This document shows positions 27,057-32,993 of a stretch of 32,993 nucleotides of DNA, one piece after another. The stretch is from positions 1 to 32,993 of the IMG/VR virus record IMGVR_UViG_3300050162_000106; one strand, given 5' to 3'. This stretch comes from a virus. Its lineage: Duplodnaviria; Caudoviricetes. Numbering within the stretch: the first letter of the stretch is position 1; each line of letters begins with the position of its first letter. The notes beneath the pieces are model-generated. The model was given only the letters and a program-made list of their open reading frames with translations, was not told the DNA's origin and made no database searches. Made by a program: the position numbers and the translations under genes.

Positions 27057-27917
27057 TTAATTTTCAAGGTCCGCAAGGCTAGGCAGAACCAGCCGAGACA
27101 CGCAACGGCAATTCGGCTCCACACCCGGGTGCGTCCATTTTCCCTCAAGGTGGGCGCCTTTAGCCAGCGAATAGCGCTTGCCGGAAAATGCCACGTGCTC
27201 CGGTCGGGGCTTCTTGCCGCCAGCCGAGTGGAGCCATTCGCCCTCTGTGCACCCGAGGTCCAAGCCCCGTTGGCGCGCGAGCGTGGCCGTGGTCTTGTTG
27301 GTCTGATCACGGGCGATGAATGCCGCCCGGCGCCGCGTCACGCCCAACGTGTCCTCCAGTTCGTTGGTGAGCTGGTGGAGGTCTTGGCCCTGTTGAATGG
27401 ACCGCATGACGGCGCCATCCACATTGGTGAGGTGGCGGTCCGCTATGTCTGAAATGAGGTTCACTTGCTCCGAAATAGTGGCTTGCACCACGGCGCGCAT
27501 TTGCCGCGTCATCCGAAATTCAATGCTCACCCCATTGTCTTTGAGGATTTGCTCCATGGCTTGGTCCACGTGGCGTTGCCCGCGCCGGGCAATCTCCTTG
27601 CTGAGCTCCTCGGCCATCTTGCGGAATTTGCCGCGCCAGAGCCGCCCACGCTTGCGGAGGAGGTCCCGGAGCTCGCGTTCTGGGCTAGCGTCATTGGCCA
27701 CGGTGGTGGGCGTATCGCGGTGCCACTGAGCCTTGAGCCAATAGACGATAGACGCTTGCATGGCGTCCACCTCGCGCTCCAGCCGCTCCGTGTAATACGC
27801 GCGGAGAGCGGCCGAGGGACGAACCCCCGGCACGGCCTTGCCCGGCTGGTAAACCTTCGCCCGGGGCGTCTCCGGCTCGCGCGGCCGTGTCCGGGCCTTG
27901 ACCGGGGGGCGGCTCAT
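27057..27917 (-). CDS. minor head protein (Mu F / SPP1 gp7-like)
   Basis: RA.FIARDQTNK, W.HS.GGK.PR.EH, PG.EPNCRC; ATGA overlap with the portal stop. Confidence 0.9.
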   Translation of the reverse strand: MSRPPVKARTRPREPETPRAKVYQPGKAVPGVRPSAALRAYYTERLEREVDAMQASIVYWLKAQWHRDTPTTVANDASPERELRDLLRKRGRLWRGKFRKMAEELSKEIARRGQRHVDQAMEQILKDNGVSIEFRMTRQMRAVVQATISEQVNLISDIADRHLTNVDGAVMRSIQQGQDLHQLTNELEDTLGVTRRRAAFIARDQTNKTTATLARQRGLDLGCTEGEWLHSAGGKKPRPEHVAFSGKRYSLAKGAHLEGKWTHPGVEPNCRCVSRLVLPSLADLEN

Positions 27918-29449
27918 TCCTCTTGCGCCTCCTCGCCGTCCTCGTAATCCTCGGGCGGCTCCGGCGTCTTGAGCTTCACGCCAAAGTAGATGCCACCCTC
28001 CTCGCTAACGAGGCGCTCGCGCACGTCCTCGGGGTCCAGCACCCCGGCTTGGATATAGCCCACCTCTGCGGCTTGGTTCGTCTGGCGCACGCGGGCCTCG
28101 GCCTCCTCGTCCAGCTCCCAAAGGTCCACAAACTCAAACGTAATGCCCTCGTCCACGGTCCCGTCCATGTTGAGCTGGAGGACGCGCAACAGGGTGGTGA
28201 GCGGCGCTTGGAGGGTCTTTTCCTGATATCCATGGACGTGGCCGTAGAACGCCTTGATTTCCCCCTCGCTGGAGGCGTTCAACCCGCTGGCGCCATCGCC
28301 AATATAATTCACCTTGGCGATGCCCACCATGGAGCAAATCATTTCCTGCGATTGCGCGAGGAGGTCTTTTACGCCGGACAGGGGCGCGGACACGTTCTTG
28401 AGGTCCTCCGTGTCCTTGTTCACCAGCATAAGGCCGCCGCTGTCCCGGCCAAAAATAAAAGACTTGATCCGGTTCACCAGCTCGCCCGCGCCCTCCGGCG
28501 TGAGCATGACGGACAGGTCCGTGGACAAGACCATGGTGGAGAAGGAATAGAGGAGGTTGGCCACGCTGGTGCGGTTGCGGATGAAGTAATCCACATACGG
28601 CTTAGCCATTTGCGTGAGGGACAGGCCCCCAAACATATACACCGGCTTGAGCATATCCGGAACCTCGCGGCCCACGAACGTGAGCATCCGCGTTGTGTGC
28701 ACGGCGGTGCCCATGACGAGCCATTGCGAGGGTGCATAGAAATCGTCCGCGAGCGGCCGGGTGCTGTTGAAGTTGAGCGGATAGCTCCAATACGCCTCCA
28801 CCACCTTGAGGTTCCTCAAGGTGCCCTTGGTGATGGTGGCCTCATCGTGCTTGAGCGGGTTTGCCAGCTCCGCGTCCGTGTCCTCACCCAAGTCCATGAA
28901 AATGTGGGCGCGGCCCATGGAGCCGTCCAGCTCGATAGCCTCGCGGAATTTCTCGCGCACGCCAAAGCGGCGCATTTCCCCCTCAAGCGCCGCAATGCGC
29001 TCGTGGCTGTCGCCCTTGAGCTTGATCCACTTGCGCGTGCATTCGGCCGCCCAAATCTCGCAAATCCGGCGGTATTCGGGGCGTTGCTGGAGCTCCGCCA
29101 AGTAGGCGTAGCCCATGAAACCGAGGCCCTCGCTCCACGCGCTGGAATTGGCCGCATAGTCCGCCATTTCAGCATATGGCAGACTGTCCATGGCGAGCGT
29201 GCGGGCGTCCTCCGGCTGGCCCTCCAACCAACGGTCCAACCACGCTGGCTTGGTGGGTGCGCGCCAAGTCTCGGGAGCCGATAGCCCGGCCGCCAGCCGA
29301 TAGCCAAGGTCCGCCACGGCCGCCGGTGAGAAGAAGGAGCCGCGCGAGGTCTTAGCCACGGGGTCGGGGAGCTGGGGCGCCGCCGCGTCCATGGCCAGCC
29401 ACCGGCGCAAGTGTCGCTTAGCGGCGCGTTTGAAGTTGGCGAAGGCCAT
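27914..29449 (-). CDS. portal protein (DUF1073-like)
   Basis: FMGY.YLAEL.QRPEYR, A.ECTRKWI, LKP.Y.FGGLSL.Q, SAPLSG..DL.AQSQE, GLNASSEGEI..FY; follows terL. Confidence 0.92.
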   Translation of the reverse strand: MAFANFKRAAKRHLRRWLAMDAAAPQLPDPVAKTSRGSFFSPAAVADLGYRLAAGLSAPETWRAPTKPAWLDRWLEGQPEDARTLAMDSLPYAEMADYAANSSAWSEGLGFMGYAYLAELQQRPEYRRICEIWAAECTRKWIKLKGDSHERIAALEGEMRRFGVREKFREAIELDGSMGRAHIFMDLGEDTDAELANPLKHDEATITKGTLRNLKVVEAYWSYPLNFNSTRPLADDFYAPSQWLVMGTAVHTTRMLTFVGREVPDMLKPVYMFGGLSLTQMAKPYVDYFIRNRTSVANLLYSFSTMVLSTDLSVMLTPEGAGELVNRIKSFIFGRDSGGLMLVNKDTEDLKNVSAPLSGVKDLLAQSQEMICSMVGIAKVNYIGDGASGLNASSEGEIKAFYGHVHGYQEKTLQAPLTTLLRVLQLNMDGTVDEGITFEFVDLWELDEEAEARVRQTNQAAEVGYIQAGVLDPEDVRERLVSEEGGIYFGVKLKTPEPPEDYEDGEEAQEE

Positions 29450-31805
29450 AGCGCAAATCCTTTAGGGCTTCATTGCTCACAACGAGCGGACGGTTAAGGG
29501 CTACCATAGAGAACGCCCGGGAAAAAGCGTCCACTTGGTCGTCAAAGGTTCCGCTGGGGAAAGCGGCCAGCTCCTCCCTAAACGGATGGTTCCACGTGGC
29601 GCGCACCATGCCCACGTTTCCGATGTTGACTTGGGCGGCCGCCGGTGCCGCGCGCGTGGCCTTGTCGCCCGTCTCCGGGGTGCTCACAACCTTGTATCCC
29701 GCCAGCTTCTTGGTGAACGTTGCCACCTGAGACTTGCCCGCTTGGCCCGGGTCTTGTGGCAAGCCCACGGTGCAATGGCGGCCGTCTTGCTTCGCGGTGT
29801 TGATGATGCCCGCCTCCACGTCCTCGGGGCCGCCACGAAAGCGCACCACGTCCAAGACCACATAGCGGTCCTCGCGCGTCCGCATCATCTTGACGCCCAC
29901 CGTCCAGTCCGGGTTCGCGGTGCCCATTTTCTTGGTGGCCGCAAGGTCCCACGCCCGGACGATATGGGGCGTCTTGCCGGGCTCAGTCTCCAGCACCTCC
30001 AGACTGTGGACCTTGAAAACGGTCCCCTCGCCCGCCGTGGGCTTGCCTTGGTAAAGCGCGTTCCAATCGCGCATGGCCCCGGCCGCCTCATACTCGGCCT
30101 TGATGAGCTGGAGCGCCTTGGCATAGCCATATTCATCATCGCCCCAGAGCCATTCACCCGGCTGGCGGCCGAGCGGGTCCGGCTCATCCCCGGTGGCTTG
30201 GGCGGGGATGTTGAGGACGCGCCACTGGCCCGGCTGGCGCTCTATCAAGCGGCCACCAAGGTCGTCTTGATGCCATCTCGTGTTGGATACGCAGAGGCCG
30301 TCTGCGATGAAGTTATGCACATTTTCGACCTCAATATCAAAAACCTCCTCCCGACCGGCGGGTTCAATGCTCGTGATGATGTCGAAGGTAGGCTGCGGCT
30401 CGTTCCAAGATTTCAGCGGTGTTCGGCTCCCCGATCGTGACATTGCAGGCATTGCAAAGGAGGCCGCGAACTTTGCCGCTCGCATGATCGTGATCCACGC
30501 ATAGGCGCCGCGTTCGGCCATACCGACGCAAATCATCCGGCCCCGCACCACAAATCGCACAAAGCCCATTTTGACGCTCGTGAAGAGCCGTGTATTCGCT
30601 CGCGGATAGCCCATAGCGATGTTTGACGTGCCTCTGGCGGATGGCCTCCGAATTGCATGACGGGGGGCGATACCCGCTGGCCCATCGCTCACGTCCATAA
30701 TGGACGTTGCACAAACCTCGGCACTTCGCGGGGGCGTCACAATCTTCAGCCGCGCAAACTTTGCCGCGATACTGGCCATGGTGCCCCATAGGGTGCGCCC
30801 GAACGCGCTCTGGGTCGTGCTTGTAGCAGGTGCCCCCTTTGCGCTGGGCTCGCGTGGTGCACCCTTCGACTGAGCACGGACTATCCGGTCGCCTACGACC
30901 AGTTCCCGGACCTTTACCCACTCTAAAACCCCTTCGCGCTCGACAAGAAACGGGTGCCTCTCGTTTGCCCGAACGGAGCTACCATAGATTGTCTTGATTT
31001 CATAGACATGATCTATGCCTTGGCTGCACCAATTTAGCACACGGTTACAGACGAAATCCCGGCGCTCTCGGTCGTAACTCAATACCATGTCGCCCGGGCG
31101 CACGTCGCGAAGAGGTTTCTCTGCGCCGTCCGCCATCCGCACGGGGGTGTCCCCCGTCATGCACATAATGACAATGATCCACGCCCCGGGCTTCAGGCGC
31201 GTGCGGAGGTCCACGAGGAACCAGTTCCATAACTTCTCGCGCATGGTCTCGCTCTCGGCCGCCTCGCGTGACTTCACCGGGTCGTCAATGAGCACCCCGT
31301 CCGCACGGTTGCCCGCGATGGCTACGCCCACACCAGCCGCACGATAGCGGCCGCGCTTGTCCGTGGTCCAGAGCGGAGCGGACCGCTTGCGGAGCTTGAA
31401 GGGCACGAGGTCCGGACGCTGGTCCACGAGCGCCAACGTGCGCTCTGAGAAGTCCTCGGCCAGCGTGGAGGTATTGGACGCGCCAATGAGGTTAAACGCG
31501 GGCTGGCGGCTCAAGAGGTGCGCCGGGAGGAGCTCGCTCGTATAGGTGGACTTCGCGGAGCCCGGCGGGGCGTTGATGAGGAGGCGGGGCGGACCGCGCC
31601 CGCTAATCGTCTCCTCCACGGCTTGCACAATGACGCGGTGGTGCTTGGCGGGCTTCCAACCCCTGTCCCGGCCCACCTCCTCGCACCAGCTCGCATAGTC
31701 CGCGCGGGCGCCCTTGAGGCTAAGCTCCCGGGCGTTGCGAAACGTGCGCTCTTGCTCCTCGGGGCTCTGGCGAGCCACCCACGCCACCAACTCCTCGTCC
31801 GTCAC
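29418..31805 (-). CDS. terL: terminase large subunit, intein-containing precursor (795 aa; 501 aa after splicing)
   Basis: Walker A APPGSAKST, Walker B VLIDDP, IVIM|TRWH motif split by the intein, nuclease AWDLA and DDQVDA. Confidence 0.95.
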   Translation of the reverse strand: MTDEELVAWVARQSPEEQERTFRNARELSLKGARADYASWCEEVGRDRGWKPAKHHRVIVQAVEETISGRGPPRLLINAPPGSAKSTYTSELLPAHLLSRQPAFNLIGASNTSTLAEDFSERTLALVDQRPDLVPFKLRKRSAPLWTTDKRGRYRAAGVGVAIAGNRADGVLIDDPVKSREAAESETMREKLWNWFLVDLRTRLKPGAWIIVIMCMTGDTPVRMADGAEKPLRDVRPGDMVLSYDRERRDFVCNRVLNWCSQGIDHVYEIKTIYGSSVRANERHPFLVEREGVLEWVKVRELVVGDRIVRAQSKGAPREPSAKGAPATSTTQSAFGRTLWGTMASIAAKFARLKIVTPPRSAEVCATSIMDVSDGPAGIAPRHAIRRPSARGTSNIAMGYPRANTRLFTSVKMGFVRFVVRGRMICVGMAERGAYAWITIMRAAKFAASFAMPAMSRSGSRTPLKSWNEPQPTFDIITSIEPAGREEVFDIEVENVHNFIADGLCVSNTRWHQDDLGGRLIERQPGQWRVLNIPAQATGDEPDPLGRQPGEWLWGDDEYGYAKALQLIKAEYEAAGAMRDWNALYQGKPTAGEGTVFKVHSLEVLETEPGKTPHIVRAWDLAATKKMGTANPDWTVGVKMMRTREDRYVVLDVVRFRGGPEDVEAGIINTAKQDGRHCTVGLPQDPGQAGKSQVATFTKKLAGYKVVSTPETGDKATRAAPAAAQVNIGNVGMVRATWNHPFREELAAFPSGTFDDQVDAFSRAFSMVALNRPLVVSNEALKDLRYGLRQLQTRR
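30282..31163 (-). mobile_element. intein (294 aa) in TerL, inserted between IVIM and TRWH
   Basis: Block A CMTGDTPVRMADG (Cys1 codon 31163-31161); block B VRANERHPF; WVKVRELVVGDRI; block F EVFDIEVENVHNFIADG; C-terminal ...VSN then +1 Thr. Confidence 0.95.
30364..30921 (-). CDS. zinc-finger / Endonuclease VII-family HNH homing endonuclease nested out of frame inside the intein
   Basis: GTG start with GAAGGGG 7 nt upstream. Two C-x4-C...C-x2-H repeats, then the Endo VII domain YGLS..EY......Q.G.CAIC...LCVDHDH.SGKVRGLLC..CN..IG. Frame is -1 relative to TerL. Confidence 0.9.
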   Translation of the reverse strand: MGKGPGTGRRRPDSPCSVEGCTTRAQRKGGTCYKHDPERVRAHPMGHHGQYRGKVCAAEDCDAPAKCRGLCNVHYGRERWASGYRPPSCNSEAIRQRHVKHRYGLSASEYTALHERQNGLCAICGAGPDDLRRYGRTRRLCVDHDHASGKVRGLLCNACNVTIGEPNTAEILERAAAYLRHHHEH

Positions 31806-32278
31806 TCCTTCACCTCGTGAAATTCCGCGTCCACGGGAGCGGGGAGCTCCAACCGGCTGGCCACGGTAAGGCTCGCGCGAATGGCGGCCGCAATCTCCGC
31901 CGGGGTGCGTTTCGTCTCATCCTCGGGCGGGGGCGCCACGGCCCGGTCCAGAGCCGCTTGAGAGAAGCGACGGGGGCAGATGAGCGCGGCCACCTTGAGG
32001 TTGGTATCCACAATCACGCGCTTGGTTTTCGGGTCCAGCGTGGCGTCCCGTGCCACCTCCGGGCATTCAAGGACGAGGGCCTCCGCGTAAAGCTCCTGCG
32101 CGCGCGCGAACTGGTCGGCCATTTCTGGATCCGCCGCGCGCCAATCGTGCCACGTGGTCCTCCCGATGCCTACGGCCGCCAGCACCGGGCCGAGGTGCCG
32201 CCCTTCGCTCACGAGCTTGCAAATGGTTGCGCCAATTGCTTTTTTCGTCTCGTCATCAAAGGGTGATACCCCGGCCAT
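31802..32278 (-). CDS. terS: terminase small subunit
   Basis: N-terminal HTH-like IC..VSEG..L......GIGRTTW.DW......F.RA; GTGA overlap with the terL start. Confidence 0.85.
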   Translation of the reverse strand: MAGVSPFDDETKKAIGATICKLVSEGRHLGPVLAAVGIGRTTWHDWRAADPEMADQFARAQELYAEALVLECPEVARDATLDPKTKRVIVDTNLKVAALICPRRFSQAALDRAVAPPPEDETKRTPAEIAAAIRASLTVASRLELPAPVDAEFHEVKE

Positions 32279-32317
32279 ATGGTTCTCTCGGTCGTTTAGG
32301 GCACCCGTAGCGGGTCG

Positions 32318-32776
32318 CTACGGCATGAGCGCCCTAACCATAGTAACCAATCGGTCATCGTCTGGGAAGGCGTCTTTAGGCAAAGCCCCCGTTTCTTTCA
32401 GCACCCCGAGGATAAGGGACCGAAACTCCTCCAGCGCGTCAAACTTCTGGAGGAGCTTCTGGAGGTCCGCCAGCCCGGCCGAGTCCATGAACAGCTCCAC
32501 GGTCTGGTGCTGGTCGTGGAGCTCGCGCACGCCGGTGAGGAGCTGGAGCGCTTTCTCCACTTGGTCCACGTCATTGTGCTCTATGTCGTCCACATCATGG
32601 AGCTCGTGGAGCCGGTGCGTTATAACGAGGTCGTTAAGCGCGTCCAGCTCGTTGGAGCTATCCTCCGCCTCGTTCACGAGCTCGTCAAAATCCCGTATCA
32701 AATCCGTGTCCGCCTCTGGCCACACCCGATAGCGGTCCAACCATTCTTTTAACCGTGTCGTCATTTTATACACCAT
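32318..32776 (-). CDS. hypothetical acidic helical protein (152 aa)
   Basis: GGAGG RBS before ATG 32776; first gene downstream of the candidate promoter. Confidence 0.7.
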   Translation of the reverse strand: MVYKMTTRLKEWLDRYRVWPEADTDLIRDFDELVNEAEDSSNELDALNDLVITHRLHELHDVDDIEHNDVDQVEKALQLLTGVRELHDQHQTVELFMDSAGLADLQKLLQKFDALEEFRSLILGVLKETGALPKDAFPDDDRLVTMVRALMP

Positions 32777-32802
32777 ATCGTCCTCCGTGGTCTAGGCTGG
32801 CC

Positions 32803-32831
32803 ACAATACGCGCTCGCCCCGCCCCGGGCAA
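32803..32831 (-). promoter_or_regulatory. candidate sigma70-type promoter driving the minus-strand region
   Basis: Minus strand TTGCCC-17 nt-TATTGT, about 27 nt upstream of the 32776 start. Confidence 0.45.
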
Positions 32832-32993
32832 GGCCCATAATCTGGGCGTCTCGCTACGTGGGGGGCTCGCCACTATGAACGCGGCGTGCAATAGCGTTTC
32901 TCCTAATGATCTTTTGATTAGGTTAGCGATTTTCAGTAACCCCCCATAGGACCAACATTCTGGAATACACCCCCCCCCCCATATGTGTTGCAT

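Noticed and set aside
26999-27310. N-terminal extension of the 404-aa ORF
   Set aside because: Overlaps the minor head gene; a strong RBS supports ATG 26998.
27923-29284. 453-aa plus-strand ORF opposite the portal, and similar ORFs at 14303-15481, 18678-19664, 24123-25220 and 29535-30440
   Set aside because: Antisense shadows expected from codon bias; no RBS or domain evidence.
27914-29449. Anti-CBASS (Acb1) label sometimes attached to DUF1073 proteins
   Set aside because: Position after terL and the motifs fit a portal; I see no 2H phosphoesterase domain.
30364-30921. Nested HNH as part of a group I intron or a frameshifted pseudogene
   Set aside because: The TerL frame is uninterrupted with intact intein blocks, so no RNA splicing is needed; the HNH ORF has its own start and stop and intact motifs.
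1-32993. tRNA, rRNA, integrase/att sites, DGR or invertible fibre systems
   Set aside because: No cloverleaf, recombinase, reverse transcriptase or matching repeat structure seen; phage lifestyle cannot be determined from this window.

Overview
About 33 kb of a GC-rich tailed phage with a contractile tail (myovirus). Gene content and order resemble Bcep781/OP2-type phages (DUF1073 portal, DUF2213 protease/scaffold, DUF2184 capsid, DUF3383 sheath). A GapR (DUF2312) homologue and near-absence of GANTC sites point to an alphaproteobacterial host. The + strand (1-3699) holds the end of a replication operon: a putative SSB tail, GapR, a family A DNA polymerase and a small membrane protein. The - strand (3662-32776) holds one long late region: terS, terL, portal, minor head protein, an inserted four-gene fibre/beta-helix cassette, head, neck, tail, baseplate, tail fibre and lysis genes. 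The most unusual element is a 294-aa intein in TerL (30282-31163). Its own frame has no endonuclease, but a complete zinc-finger/Endonuclease VII HNH gene is overprinted inside it in another frame of the same strand, with its own RBS. Other points of note: a -1 frameshift in the tail chaperone, recurring A-M-D motifs across head proteins (probable maturation sites), a beta domain shared by sheath and baseplate, and strong GANTC avoidance. All family calls come from motif recognition, not database searches.
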